Numbered from the stretch's first letter, positions 48,391 through 62,456 are shown. The stretch: 64,000 bases of DNA from the human T2T-CHM13v2.0 reference genome, Homo sapiens (GCF_009914755.1 NC_060928.1); one strand, 5' to 3'. Notes: a model not told the origin generated them from the sequence alone. Translations and numbers: made by a program.

Positions 48391-48587
48391 AGGGAAAATC
48401 CTTCCTTAATTTTTTTTCCAAAAAATTTTAACCTTAAGCATTTATTTACTTTTGTGGAAAAACTTCTGTTATTCGTTAAGCCTTATCTTAATGCTTGTTT
48501 AGATGGCATTTCATACCTTTGATTTTTTTTTTTTATGTGATTTATTCATTCAGTAATCTGCTTTGTATTTTTTTCCTTTCATTTCAG

Positions 48588-48672
48588 AGTCCTGTGTATG
48601 GAAACTCACATGAGTCAGCTCAGTCTAGAAGGGTAGTAATTTCTCATAATATGGATAAAGCTCTGAAAGAAG
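48588..48672 (+). CDS. SNX25: SNX25 exon 2 (85 nt; SPVYGNSHESAQSRRVVISHNMDKALKE), contains the internal ATG at 48651 used by the shorter isoform
   Basis: Polypyrimidine tract plus TTTCAG| acceptor at 48587, donor AAG|GTAAGG at 48672/3; MDKALKE is the recognised start of the short SNX25 protein. Confidence 0.93.
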
Positions 48673-49536
48673 GTAAGGATTAAATGAGAGTATATAATTA
48701 CCATGTAAAGCAATTCATTATGTTCTAAGAGGAAAATAATAATCTCCAGCAAATTTATTCTTCTTGTCTGCATGTAGTGTTAGGAATTTTTTCTTCATGA
48801 GTTTGTATTTGATGACTAAATACATCCATGTTTTGTTTGCATGTAAGGGATTTACACGTTTGTTGAGTAGGAATTTCCAGATCATGTGAAACTAGCCAGC
48901 CATGTAGAGCTAGTTCCATCATATGAAGCACAGATCTGTTCTCTCTTTTCTAAAATGGGTTTTAGGAATTTTTTTTTTCTTCTAACTATAACCTAGAGAA
49001 GCTATGTTGGGATAAATAGACTCAGGCTCACTCATAGATAAACCAGTTAAACCCAACTAAGTGATAGTAGTCTTTCAGAGGAGTGAGTTTACAATGAAGC
49101 TTGTCTTGAAGAAGGCAGAAGCAGGGTGGTGGAAGGTAAAATATGGCTATGTCTGGAAGTGGGAATAAATAAGTGTACTTTTAAATATTAAAATTTTAAA
49201 AAATATATTTTGAACATCAAATTAAGGTTTAAGAAAGATTTTAAATATCAAATTTCTAAAAACATTGACAGTTTCAGTTAATTTTCAGAAAACAAGTCAT
49301 GAGTTTATCAGGTGAATATATGATGTTAGACGTGAAGTTAAGAGAGCTGAACAAGTGATATGTACATATATGTGTTTTACTCATCATAGTTCACAAAAAT
49401 CACCATATCAAAATCTGAAAATGAGAGTACTGTATCAGTACAGAAACAGTTTGAAATTGTGTGGATTCACAGAATTTTAGACCTTTGGGGACATAATTAA
49501 ATTTTAAAAAATACTTCTATTAGTAGTTAAGGTACA

Positions 49537-49640
49537 ACTTATAAAACTTACTGGATTTAAAATTTGGCAATTATTCATAATCTTTAAAGTATGACTTATA
49601 AAACTTACTGGATTTAAAATTTGGCAATTATTCATAATCT
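49537..49640 (+). repeat. Direct duplication: identical 47-bp blocks, period 57
   Basis: ACTTATAAAACTTACTGGATTTAAAATTTGGCAATTATTCATAATCT at 49537 and 49594. Confidence 0.93.
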
Positions 49641-49668
49641 CATAATCATGATTTTTAGAGTACAGGAT

Positions 49669-49954
49669 TGGCTGGATGTGGTGGCTCATGCCTGTAATCC
49701 TAGCATTTTGGGAGACCGAGGTGGGTGAATTGCTTGAGCCCAGGAGTCCAGCCTGGGCAACATGGTGAAACTCTGTCTCTGCAAAAAATACAAAAATTAA
49801 CTGGGAGTGGTGGCACATGCCTGTAGTCCTAGCTCCTTGGGAGGCTGAAGTGGGAGAATTGCTTGAGCCCGAGAGGCAGAGATTTGCAGTGAGCCTAGAT
49901 TGCACCACCGCACTCCAGCCTGGGCAACACAATGAGACTCTGTCTCAAAAAAAA
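49669..49954 (+). mobile_element. AluJ/S
   Basis: Dimer; TSD GTACAGGATT. Confidence 0.9.
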
Positions 49955-49974
49955 TGTACAGGATTTATTCTTAA

Positions 49975-52190
49975 TTGCTTTTATTGAGGTAAAATTTACA
50001 TACTTTGAAATGTACAAATCTTAATTATACAATTCAGTAATTTTCATAAATGTGCATAACTGTATAACCACCTCATTCAAAATAGAGAACATTTCCATCA
50101 TTCTAGAAAATCTGCCTCATGCTCCCCTTTGATCAACACCCACCCTTCATGGTATCACTTCATTTTGTCTCTTCTAAAACTTTATGGAAATGGAACCATA
50201 CAGTGTGTATTCTTTTATGCCTGGCCTCTTTCACTCAGCATAATGTTTTTAGATTCATCCATATTGTGTATATCAGTTTATTCTTTGTTACTTTTGGGTG
50301 GGTGGTATTCCATTACAGTGATACAGCTATGACAATATGTTTACCCTTTCTCCTGTGGGACATCTGGGTTATTTCTAAGTTTTGGAAAGTTAGTCAATAC
50401 AGTTGCTATCAACAGATATTTCAGTGGACATATGTTTTTCTCTTGGATAAATAGGAGTAGAATTGCTGAGCCATAGGATAGTTGTATTTTTAACTTTGTA
50501 ATAAATTACCAAACGGTATTCCAAAATGATTGTCTCTTTTTAGACTCTCACCAGCAGTTTATGAGAGTTCCGGTTGTCTCATATTACCACCAACATTTGC
50601 TGTTGTTTTGTTCCTCTTTTAGCCATTCTGATGGGTGTATCTTACTGTGGCCTTAAATTGCATACCCCTACTGACTATGATATTAAACACCTTTTCATGT
50701 GTTATTGACAATTTTCAGATTTTTATTTGTGATGTGTCTATGCAAGTCTTTTTTAAACTTATAATTTATTTATAGTTTTTAAAATATCTGGATTCATGTC
50801 TTTTGTTAGATGTAGATACAGAAGATTTTTCTCCTAGTTTGTGAGTTGCCTTTTGTTTTCTTAATGCTATCTTTGAGTGGATGTTTTCAAGTTTGATAAA
50901 GTCCAATTTACCAATCTTTTTTTCCTCTCTGTTCTTTAGATAGATAGGATGATGATGATTTTTTTCAAGTTCACCAATTTTTTTTCTGTCTCATCTCCAT
51001 TCTGTAGTTAAGTGCATCCAGTGAAATTTTTATTGCACACTTTGTGCTTTTCATGTGTAGAATTTCCATTTGGTTCTTTTTTTCTTGTTGTTTCTGCAAT
51101 GTTTGCTTTTCTGCTGAGATTCTCTCGTCTGTCAATTATTATGACATTTTTATTTTTAATTTCTTGAACATATTTTGTAGTAGCTGCTTTAAAGTTCTTT
51201 TATGCTAATTCCAACATCCGGGCTATCTTGATGTTGGTTTCTGTTAATGGCTTTTTCTCTTGACTAGATGTCACTTTTTGGGGGTTTCTTCTGATGTCCA
51301 GTTGTTTTTGATTGTATACTGGACAATGTGGATGCTGCTTTTTAGACATTCTAGATTCTTTTATCTTCCTCTGAAGAGGTTTTTAGTATGCAGTTTAATT
51401 AATGGCTGATCACCTTGAAGATACTTGGTTTTATACATTTTCTGAGGATGGATGTGTTTGGATTTTGTTCTTCACCTAAAGTGAGTCCCTCAGTCCGAGG
51501 ACATAGACTTAACTCCTCTGGTTCATGGCCTTTCCACAATTGCAATGGAAAGCCCAACACCGTTAGTGGAATTCTAGCTCCAAACTCTGTCTCCCTGGTG
51601 GACAGTAGTTGGAGTATCTGCTCAGCTCTTTGAGTCTTCCAGCTGTTGCTTTCCACTGGTCTCCTGTAGTCTTACCCCTATACATGTGTAGTTCACAGTT
51701 GGCAATGAATTTGAGAATCTGTACCCAGATTTCATGGTGTTTATTTCTTGCCTTTATTTTCAGCAGCCCTGGCAACTCTTAAATCTGTTTCCTGATATAT
51801 TAAAATAAAAAACACACAAAAGACATTCTCTTCCAGTTTACTGCCTGTACCTCTAAGACTGCAGTTGCCTTTAGGGAAAAGCTGTGTGTAAACATGGATC
51901 TTACCTAGTGCCATTCCTTTCTTTCAATAATAGATTCCCTTCTAATTGCTAAGTTTGGTTGCTCTCAGTGCTTTTCAATACAGATGGTTCCTGATTTATG
52001 ATAGTTCAGTTTATGGTTTTTTTTTTTTTTACTTTTGTGGGGTGGGATGGGGGTGTTATTAGGATGCAACTCCATCATAAGCTGAGGAACATCTGTAGTT
52101 TTTAAATTTTTTTTTCCAGATTTCCAAATTATTTTCTATAGGAAGGTTAGTCTGATATAAGCTATTCTACCACCCCTGGAATTAGAACTC
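49975..52190 (-). mobile_element. Old L1M fragments (L1ME/MD-like)
   Basis: TTTATTGAGGTAAAATTTACATA, TAGAATTTCCATTTGGTTCTTTTT and related L1 motifs. Confidence 0.68.
51981..52095 (-). mobile_element. MER47-like Tigger MITE
   Basis: TA|CAGATGGTTCC ... GAGGAACATCTG|TA terminal inverted repeats with TA TSD. Confidence 0.72.
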
Positions 52191-52273
52191 TGTCCTTAAT
52201 ATTAAAAAAATTTTAATTGTGTTAAAATAGACATAACATAAAATTTATCATTATAACCATTTTAAGTATATAG

Positions 52274-52588
<315 letters not shown>

Positions 52589-52889
52589 TTAGTTCAGTAA
52601 TGTTAAGTACATCCACATTATCATGCAACCAATCTCTAGAACTGTTTTCATCTTGCAAAACTGAAACTCTTTACTTATTAAGTGACAACCCCTTTCTCTT
52701 CCTCCAGCCTCTGGTAACCACTGTTCTACTTTTTGTCCCTATGAATTTGACTAAGTATCTTACCTAAGTGGAATCATATAGTATTTGTCTTTTTGTGTTT
52801 GGCTTATTTTACTTAATGTCCTCAGGTTTCATCCATATTGTAGCATGTGACAGGATTTCCTTCCGTTTTCAGGCTGAATGATATTCCAT

Positions 52890-52892
<3 letters not shown>

Positions 52893-52928
<36 letters not shown>
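52893..52928 (+). repeat. (GT)n microsatellite
   Basis: Direct reading. Confidence 0.95.
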
Positions 52929-52930
<2 letters not shown>

Positions 52931-54743
52931 CACATTTTGTTTATCCATTCACTCATCAGTGGACACTCGGGTTGCTTTCCACCTTTTGGCTATTGTAATT
53001 GATGCTGCTATGAACATGAGTGTCTCTTTAATTTTTGAAGACTTAGAAATTTCTCTGTACTTAGACGTGACCTTTATTTTAGACCAGTTTGTTTCAGAAG
53101 TACTTGTGGGGAAAAAAAAAAGACAGGATAAGGGTTGAGGCTTACTTGGCAAAAACATTATCCTGAAGCTAATTTCTATTCAGTGATTTCTTCTGAAAGG
53201 AAAATGTTTTCCAAAGCCTTTGGGTAAGCGTTTCAGTTTATTATACTTTGCTTTTTTTTTTCTTTTTTTTTAACCACATTCTTAATGTTCACAATTTTTT
53301 TTACCTGTCCTTTGCTTTAAAGTGGTTTTCAGGGAAAAGCTGCTGAAGTTCAGCATTATATAAGCTAAACAAAAGGAGAGCTAGTAGCTGCTAGAAAGTT
53401 AGTTATTGGGAGTAAAATTCATGCATTTGGCAGTAGTTCTTCAACAGCAATAACAACAACAAACAAAACTAGAATCACCTTCCAAGAAAAATTTGACCAG
53501 TTAATTTTATGGAGAATTAGAATCTAGAAATGTATATTGAGAAGGCTAAGAGGTTTCATCAGCATGTAGAAAATCTTTAGTGGTTATAATTTGCATCTCT
53601 GGAGTGGTTTGATTTACATTTCTAAACCCGGCACCAATATATTTAATTGGAATTCAGAATGTTATTAACTAGCTATAATAGATTTAATATTAATCAAATT
53701 GAGGGTCTCTGTACATTTGCAAAACATTAAACAATATACTTGTTAAGGCTGTAGTAATTTGAGTTCGGTTATACTAAATGCTTATGAAATACTTACCTAA
53801 AAATCTCCTCCTTGGAAGCTAATTTAAACTAGAGAACATTATGGTACCATTTTATCTTTATATATCTATTTTATTGGTTTTAGAGTGTGTAATTTAAAAA
53901 CATTTAAAGAGTTAAGTACCACATAAGGCATGTGTGTGTGTCTGCATGTATACATGTTCTACATGTTTGTGTGTAGATATTTTTGTCACTAAATTTGTGC
54001 TTGTGTTGTAGCTCAGTATAAGTTAGGATTTAAGTCTTTACAGATTGAATTACAAAGAAGAAAGAAGTAATAGTCAAAAATGCAGAGCAAAATAATATAC
54101 TCCAGCTTTCTGTGGAACAATATGAAATACTAGAGCTACAAATGCTGGAAGTTAAATGGCACACTTGAGGAAAGTGATCAAAGCATATGACTGCTCTGTT
54201 TTGTTAGCCAGTTTAAAATGTAAAACTATATTTTAGGGGTTCAGATCTAATATGAATGAACTCTTCTTTTTGAGAAGGCAGAACAGTTACCCTTCTGTAC
54301 CAGATAGCTTCAGAAGATTCTCCAAAAGCTACATTTACCAGAAAACTGACAGAAGATAGGAAAAAGACGACTTCTAAAAATCTTTTTGACTTACTATTAA
54401 ATCTCAATAGATCTATTGCCTAATTTTCACTAGCCTGCCCTAAACCATCTCTAATGTGAACCAGATAATTTAATTGTATAATTATTGAGTACATGCTATT
54501 TGTTCAGTGGTGTGTTCAATGTTAAATTGAAAGTTCTTGAATTGAAAATATAATTCTTTTTCAAGACCTTGGGGATGCTGACCTCAGAGTGTCTTATAAA
54601 AGACCCTGTCTGCCACACAGAAAACTCCGAAAAACAACAAAACCCCAGACGTTGCACACAAAAAAACCCACTGTCTGAATATCTTAGAATTAAATACCGT
54701 TACCCTCATTTTTTGCAATTAATGTTACATGTACATTTCAGAC

Positions 54744-55060
54744 TTTTTTTTCTTTTCTTTTCTTCTTTTTTTTTTTTGAGACCGAGTCTTACTCTGTTGC
54801 CCAGGCTGGAGTGCAGTGGCATGATCTCAGCTCACTGTAACCTCCGCCTCCTGGGTTCAAGTGATTCTCGTGCCTCAGCCTCCCGAGTTGCTTGAGACTA
54901 CAGGCATGAGCTACCACGCCCGGCTAATTTTTGTATTTTTAGTAGAGATGGGGTTTCACCATGTTGGCCAGGCTTTTCTTGAATTCCTGAGCTCAGGTGA
55001 TCCACCGGCCTTGGCCTCCCAAAGTGCTGGGATTACAGGCGTGAGCCACCATGCCCAGCC
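54744..55060 (-). mobile_element. AluS
   Basis: Antisense dimer. Confidence 0.92.
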
Positions 55061-56395
55061 TACATATACATTTCAAAGTGAGCACATTTCAGCTAGTTTT
55101 AATTGGCTCTTAATGCTTTTCTGAATTTCAGTGGTAAATATGCCCATAAGTAATTGTTACATACACAGGGTCATAACTTGAAAACAATCATGACAGCGGA
55201 AGATACTGCAAGGTCATTGTCAAAGTATAACAGAAATTTTATGGAGAACAGAACTTTTATGTAGAACTTTTAACAGCTTTGCAACAGGTCCTAGGTAAGG
55301 CAAACTTTATGTGGTAGTCTTTTTTCCAAGGCCCACCGTATGGCTGTTCCAGATGTCTGGCTGCCTGGGAATTAGATGGTGGCACAGAGGAAGCAAGGCT
55401 CGCATGACTTTTCCCACCCTTTAGAAAGCTCAACTCATCGAGTTCTAGTTCATGCTTTTCTCCCAGTGACATGCAATATGTATACTTTTTTTTTTGTTGG
55501 ATAAATACATAGCTCTATCAATCACATAAACTAATAACCCCAAATCTTTCCAGAAGATAACTTTGCATTGCATTTTAAAACTTTACAAACCATAAAAGAC
55601 CATCTAAATGAACAATAGAATTGTTGCTGTTGTTGTTTATCATTGTCATTAGACAAGTTTCTGGTTGAATGAGGACTGTCTCTTTGTTCTAAGAGACCCA
55701 GGCGTGGACTTTCATGATCATGGGGCTGTACCTCATGGGCAGGACATGTATCTCTGAATCGCATTTCTAAATCGCTCAGGGGAAAAGACAAGGGTGGGAA
55801 AATGGCCCTCTTGAAGCTCTCTTTCTTATACTGTTTACTTAGCTCATTCCTTGTTCTGAAAATTTGTGGGTAGCGATTACCTAACATCCTGTTGTCTAGA
55901 CTAACGCGGGAGCCTTTTAACTTGTGTCCTCATCTATAGTTTTTCTCTACTTTGTTACCCTAAATCCTGTTTTCAGGTTAACCTAACTAAAACTAAAGTT
56001 CCAATCATGTTACTTCATTCTCTCTCATCTCCAGTGGCCTCCTTTTTACCTACTCATTTCTTTGAGAGCAGTTCTAAAACTAGATATACTTGAATGATAA
56101 TAGCACCTGAATTTGTGGTGGGTGTTATCATGCCTTTAGAAGAAGATTTTTTTGCCTGGTAGTGAGGATAAGTGTTCTTTCATTTCTCATTGTGATTAAT
56201 TGTATTGTTTCTGTATATTTCTTTTTTTTTTCTTTAGTTGGCGTCTTGACCTTGAATGTTTATTTCTTAATAAAAGCCATGAAATAATTTTATGGTTACG
56301 AATTTCTCTGTCTCCTTAAGTTGACCCATAGGGTATGTTTTAAAGTATTTTGTTGATATGTGTACTTGTGTAAATTAGTTTATATGGTTATATAA

Positions 56396-56758
<363 letters not shown>

Positions 56759-57911
56759 TGATACTTAGCTTGAAGAGAGGTGTCGTTGCTGGGATTACAA
56801 GTGTGAGCCACCGCACCTGGCCTCACTCGTTGGTTCTGTTTGTGTCTTGTACAGCAGTTTTACAAAGTACAGCCTTTTACATATATTTTTTCATGTAAAT
56901 GTGTTTTAAACAAACTGGATATCTAGTGGACGAGGATGCTATTTTAGGTTTTGCCTATCTTTTACTCATGCAGCTTATCTTGTTCACCTATGTGCAGGAC
57001 TACAGTGTGCTGAGTAGAAAGAGTGATTGGCAGGTAGGAGTCTTGACTTTGCTACCTCTTTGAGCAAGTTACTTCACTTCTTTGAGCCTCAATTTCCTGA
57101 AGGGACGAAACTCACTTACTATGTAGGAACTGTGGTCTATTTGTTTGTTGCCAATAAATGAGATTATAGGATCAACCCATTCCTGTTTTTGCAGTTTCAT
57201 CTGGGTCAGAAACCATTTCCGCTGTTTTTCCTTAATGGAATAGTACCATTAGGGATGAGATGTAGCTACTTTTTGCAAAATCTAGAAACCATAACAACCA
57301 TAGGTTCAAATTAATATCTGAAAATGAGCAGAACGTGACTGAGAGTTTCATGTGCCTTGTTTTCTGGTTTTGCTTTTGTTTTACCTTCCTTTTTGTGTCC
57401 AGTGCTTAGTGATACGGATATTGATTCCACCTTACAGACTAGAAGCCCTCTATACATTTTATTTGCTGAGTAGTAAAAGATTGAGATAGATCTTTTTTCT
57501 GTCTTTGGCAATTAATTGTTCTCAGCTGGAAGGCACAGTTATCTTATCCCTACAACTGAGGCTGCTGGAATCACTCTGAAAATTTATCTAAACCTTTGTG
57601 TCATTGTTTGTGAACAAAAATCCTAATGCTGTTGCATGTTTTTGAGTTATGAAATTTAAAATGCTGTTTTATAAATTGCTATAAAGCTGAATTGCAAAAA
57701 TACTGGAAATGTGAAAAAACATTGAATATACTTCCATGGTTGATATTTCAACCATGAAAAAAGCCATCATAGAATATTAATACCAAAATTGTGCTTCCTT
57801 TGACCTGTGGGCACTTGCAAATATGTGATTCCATTGCCATTCAGTTTTCTAAGAAAAATGACTCTCCCTCTCCCCACCCTCCAATCCCTCCCCCCAGAGA
57901 GCTCACCTAAA

Positions 57912-58214
57912 TTTCTTTTTTTTTTTTTTTTTTTGAGTCAGGGTTTTGCTTGCTCACCCAGGCTGGAATGCAGTGGCGCTGTCTTGACTCACTGCAACCT
58001 CCACCTCCCAGGCTCAAATGATCCTCCCACCTCAGCCCCAAGTAGCTGGGAATATAGGCGTCCACCACCACACCCGGCTAATTTTTGTATTTTTTGTAGA
58101 GATGGGGTTTTGCCATGCTGCCCAGGCTGGTCTCAAGCTCCTGGGCTCAAGTGTTCCTCCCACCTCGGCCTCCCAAAGTTCTGGGATTACAGGAATGAGC
58201 CACTGTGCCCAGCC
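57912..58214 (-). mobile_element. AluJ-like
   Basis: Antisense dimer. Confidence 0.9.
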
Positions 58215-58683
58215 AATTTATTATCCTGAAGCTTCTAATTTGGTGTGTAGTGGCCAAGATGTATAAAATGAACCCCAAATTCTAGGCTAAAAAATTATTT
58301 GACACGTATAGGTTAGTTGTTCGTAGGGAATTGTGAAGTAGATCTGGTTCACGTAGGATTCCCAGGGATAAAGTAGTGTGCAGACAAGCAAAGAAAAGCA
58401 GGAGGATAAATTATTTATCTGAAATGACATCTGCAATTAAGCCAAATCAAACAGTGTTTGAAAAGTGAAAAAAAAAAAAAAAAAAACCTCTGAGAAACAA
58501 GAAGTGATAAAAAATAACCTTGGTACCCTCGAGTTGGAGCAGGAGTGTGTAGCTAAATGTTTTTCTCCCTTGGGGCCCTGTGGGGAGTCACCACCAAGCC
58601 CACTAATATTTTATTTTTCAAAAGACCTAGCTTCTTGCAAACATCACACTGGCTTCACCTTCTTTCTAAATAGGCTTTAGAAA

Positions 58684-59059
58684 CTGTGCTGTCCAACACG
58701 GTAACCACTAGACAGCGGCTATAGAGCACCCCAAATGTGGCTAGTCCAAATTGAGATTACTGAAAGAATAAAATATAAACCAGATTACAGAGCTTAGTAC
58801 GAAAAAAAGCAAAGTATTTTATTTCAAAAACGTGAGTTTTAAATATTGATTACATTTTGAAATAATGTTTTATATAATTTTGTTAAATGGATATATTATT
58901 AAAGTGAATTTTACCTGTTTCTTTTTACTTTTTTATTTTTATTGTTTATCTTATTTTTTATGAGCTTTTTGTTGTGGTATCTTTTTACTTTTTTAATGTG
59001 TCTTCTAGAAAACTTAAAACTTACATATGTGGCTCTCATATTCAAATTAGATAGCACTG
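58684..59059 (-). mobile_element. MER33 (hAT-Charlie) DNA transposon
   Basis: CTGTGCTGTCCAA...AAATGTGGCTAGTCCAAATTGAGAT...TTACCTGTTTCTTTTTACTTT...ACATATGTGGCT. Confidence 0.82.
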
Positions 59060-59194
59060 GTCTATGGCTAGGCTTTCCTAATTCCAAGGTGCAGAATTAA
59101 GAACATAGGCACTAGAAATCTTCCAAAGAAGGCGACTGGCCACAGGGGCTGAGCCTAGTGTGATATCTAAGACTGATTTATGGGATTCTTCCTA

Positions 59195-59823
59195 GGTTAG
59201 TTGAGGTCTTGTTAGGAGACAGAAACCACACTGTAATTGAACAGAGAAAGTTAAATATAAATAATTATTAATGTACAATATGGGATTAAGTACTAAGGAG
59301 TAAAGAGAACACTAAAGAATAAGGAAGGGCAGATATAGGGAGCAGCCATTCCCACTAGGACTGAGGCAGAGGACCTTAGGACAGAAAAAATTTGGCAGAA
59401 GTTTCCTTCTTTACCCTTGGGTTGAGATCCAGGCCTTGGAGAAGGCACAACCTTGGCCCAGTTGATGGTGAAGAAGCTTGAGCAGATACCACCGGTGAGG
59501 GAGAGCCACCCATAGGATGCCAGCAGAATTCTGTGGGAAGCTGCCCTGTGGATGGCATTGGAACTTGCTGTTGGGGTGAACACCATCGGGTGCCATGCCT
59601 GCTGCTAAATGTGGCAGGAACAGTCAGAGAAGAACACACGGGAACTGGGGAGAGCAGCCCCTTCCTCCTCCAGTTGCCCTCCAGCATGTGCTACTGACAG
59701 ACTTAATGTTATGCCAGCGGGCAAAGAAACTGACGGTGTTTGCAGGGCCCAGCTCCAGTATCATAAAGCAGGGCAAAAAAGCTGAACTCGGAGCAAAGAG
59801 GCAATAGACTGATATCAGGTACA
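59195..59823 (-). mobile_element. Old ERVL/MaLR-like LTR
   Basis: GGAGACAGAAACCACAC start and GCAGGGCCCAGCTCCAGTATCA near the end; family uncertain. Confidence 0.45.
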
Positions 59824-60138
59824 CTTCATAAGTGTATTGCCACTACATAAGATGCTCTGATTTTTTAATAAATTTAGGTAGTTTGGCACCAAGATAGAAT
59901 ATTTTAAAATAGGGCTCTGTAGGAAAATTTAGGACATGGTCACCATACCTAAACGTTCTAGTTAGATGAGAATCTTTCGTTTTAAAAGACTTAGGAATTC
60001 TCATGAGTTCTGTTTTCTCCTCTCTTTAATTTTAAACAGTGAATATTAAATAGTAGGTGGCCAGTTTCCAGTAGAAATGCAGTCTTGGTGTTTGCTTCTT
60101 TCATTTGTTTTACTCATTGCTTTGTTTATTCCTGGTAG

Positions 60139-60355
60139 TGTTCGACTACAGTTATAGAGATTACATTCTGTCCTGGTATGGAAACCTCAGCAGAGATGAG
60201 GGACAACTTTACCATCTGCTCTTGGAAGACTTTTGGGAAATTGCCAGACAGCTGCACCACAGACTGAGTCACGTGGATGTGGTTAAAGTTGTCTGCAATG
60301 ATGTTGTGAGGACTTTACTCACTCATTTCTGTGACCTGAAAGCTGCCAATGCCAG
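60139..60355 (+). CDS. SNX25: SNX25 exon 3 (217 nt; VFDYSYRDYILSWYGNLSRDEGQ...FCDLKAANAR), N-terminal part of the PXA domain
   Basis: Acceptor GGTAG| at 60138, donor CAG|GTAACT at 60355/6; phase-1 join G+TG=Val gives KEVFDY; RDYILSWY fits the PXA-domain motif of SNX13/14/19/25. Confidence 0.95.
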
Positions 60356-60796
60356 GTAACTGTTCTAAGCAACTTACCCCCTTTTTTGCATTAATTTTTT
60401 TTAATTGAGTAAAAGGTCAAAGTCAAGATAAAACTCTAGAATATTCTGCCTATTGCTGGCACTTGCTTGAAAATGTAGATTTATTAAGGGGGAATAATTA
60501 TGTTCTGGTAGAGTATTTTTTTTTTTTACTTTATGCTGGAAAACCACTTTATAAATACAATTAATTCTATAAATAAACAGTAAAATGAATTTTACTGAAC
60601 CAGCACTGTGATGATCTTATAGTATTATGAGTACTAGAAATAAAAAATTTAAATGTAGTGTTTTCTAATATGAACAGTGTGAATGAGTTTACAGTATTTA
60701 GACACGTTTAAATATGGTTCATGTTTCTTTTTGTGAGTCCTATGTTGAGCTCTGTTGCATCACAATATCCTGAAAACTGATTTTCAAAGGTACTCA

Positions 60797-61001
60797 ATAT
60801 TGGAGCTTCTGGGCTTTAACTAGAGAAATTTCATTATGAAAGTAGCTAGTATTTAGGCTTGTTAGGCCTTTGTATTGTTACATACGTGACAGTTGTACAT
60901 ATTGGAGCTTGTGGGCTTTGACTAGAGAAATTTCATTATGAAAGTAGCTAATATTTAGGCTTGTTAGCCCTTCGTATTGTTATGTACATAACAATTTACA
61001 T
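60797..61001 (+). repeat. Diverged tandem duplication, two copies of about 102 bp
   Basis: ATATTGGAGCTT...GAGAAATTTCATTATGAAAGTAGCTA at 60797 and 60899. Confidence 0.92.
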
Positions 61002-61464
61002 AAAAAGCTGTCTAACTGCAATGAGTAGCCTTCTGCCTGTGTGGATATGGACACGGTTGGAACAGGAATGGGAACAGTTAATGTGGCCTATTCTCACTCT
61101 CAGGGAAGAGATAAAGTATTTAGATGGTGTCCCCCTTCTGCCCTGTGATGCTGTTCGTGTAGGGGACCTTGCTGCTGAATGCGGCTGCACAGCAGGTCTC
61201 CATTCCCAGCTGTATTGCCCCTTCCTGGGACTCTTCTTCCCTCCCTCAGGTTTACGAGGCCAAAATCCACAGAGCCGTGACATGCCCACGGTTTTCCAGC
61301 TTGCTGCCCCAGTGTTTTGCGAACTTTTTTAAAAACTATGGCCCGCTGTGAGAAATTCACTTGATATTATGACCCAGTTTCATGAAACAGTACTTTTGTT
61401 ACCTCTGATAACTTTGACACTTTTTTTAACGTTTTTTTAAAAATAATGTTTAAGACCAACTCAA

Positions 61465-61536
61465 TTTTATTTTCTTACTTAAAAGAAAGTAAAACATTGG
61501 TTTTATTTTCTTACTTAAAAGAAAGTAAAACAATGG
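61465..61536 (+). repeat. Tandem duplication, two copies of 36 bp
   Basis: TTTTATTTTCTTACTTAAAAGAAAGTAAAACA(T/A)TGG twice. Confidence 0.92.
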
Positions 61537-61557
61537 TTTGAAAACATTATGGTAAAG

Positions 61558-62102
61558 CAGTGGTTCTCCGACTTTTTGTTCCCAGGATTTCTCTACATTC
61601 TTAAAAGTTTCTGAGAATTTCAAAGAGCTCATTTCTATGGGTTCTATCTAGTGGCGAGCTGGAGCTGGCTTGTACTGGCATGCAGGAGTGAACTGTGCAC
61701 AGGTCTTCCCAACCATTAGTTCAGTTATACCAGATTGGAGCTTGAAATGGGCCATGGTGAGAGTGTTTACACCATGGAATGGGCAAATGATCGAAATCAG
61801 AGCTTTTTTTTCCTCAGGAGAGCCAACATTTGCCAGTTCACTACTCATCGTATCTATTGGTATTTACCATATTTGATATTTAAAAACTAAGAATTTTTAA
61901 AAGTGCAAGAGTACACAGGACACTTTTCCTTAGCCACGGGAGTGATGATGCCATTTCACATCATGTAGCTTGAGGAAACTACTATGCTTGGAAGAATGAG
62001 ACAAATGACCTTTTTATTTTACTATAGTTTTAACATCCCAGATGCCCTACAAGGATCTTGGGGACACCCAGGAGTCTCTGGACCACCCTTTGAAAACTGC
62101 TG
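61558..62102 (+). mobile_element. hAT-Charlie element with nested MER63-like insertion (about 61649-61844)
   Basis: CAGTGGTTCTC...TTTGAAAACTGCTG termini; inner GCTTGAAATGGGCCATGGTGAGAGTGTTTACACCATGGAA. Confidence 0.7.
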
Positions 62103-62382
62103 CCTATAGAGAAAGTAACTTCCAGTAAGCAGGGAGGGGTGTGAATTAATAAGGAAAATGAGAGAAATAGGGCTCCTGAGTTACCTCCTAGAATCTCAAA
62201 AACTTCAGCCTCTCCTTTCGAAGTGTTCACCAACCTCTGCAAGCACCTGCTAATTTGCTGTGCTATCCGTTATTTCAAGTGTTCCATAGTTCCACCTGAC
62301 AAATACTGTGAAAGACTTGTTTGAATTCAGGGAAAGCTCATTTGAAAGTATGTAAATGATGGTCCAGTAAGAGGACAGTATT

Positions 62383-62402
62383 CTGTCTGTCTGTCTGTCT
62401 GT

Positions 62403-62452
<50 letters not shown>

Positions 62453-62456
62453 ATAT
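62383..62456 (+). repeat. Compound (CTGT)n(GT)n(ATGT)n microsatellite
   Basis: Direct reading; adjoins the Alu tail. Confidence 0.93.

Noticed and set aside
57735-57756. Perfect 9-bp hairpin CATGGTTGA-TATT-TCAACCATG
   Set aside because: About what chance gives in 64 kb; too short for a miRNA precursor
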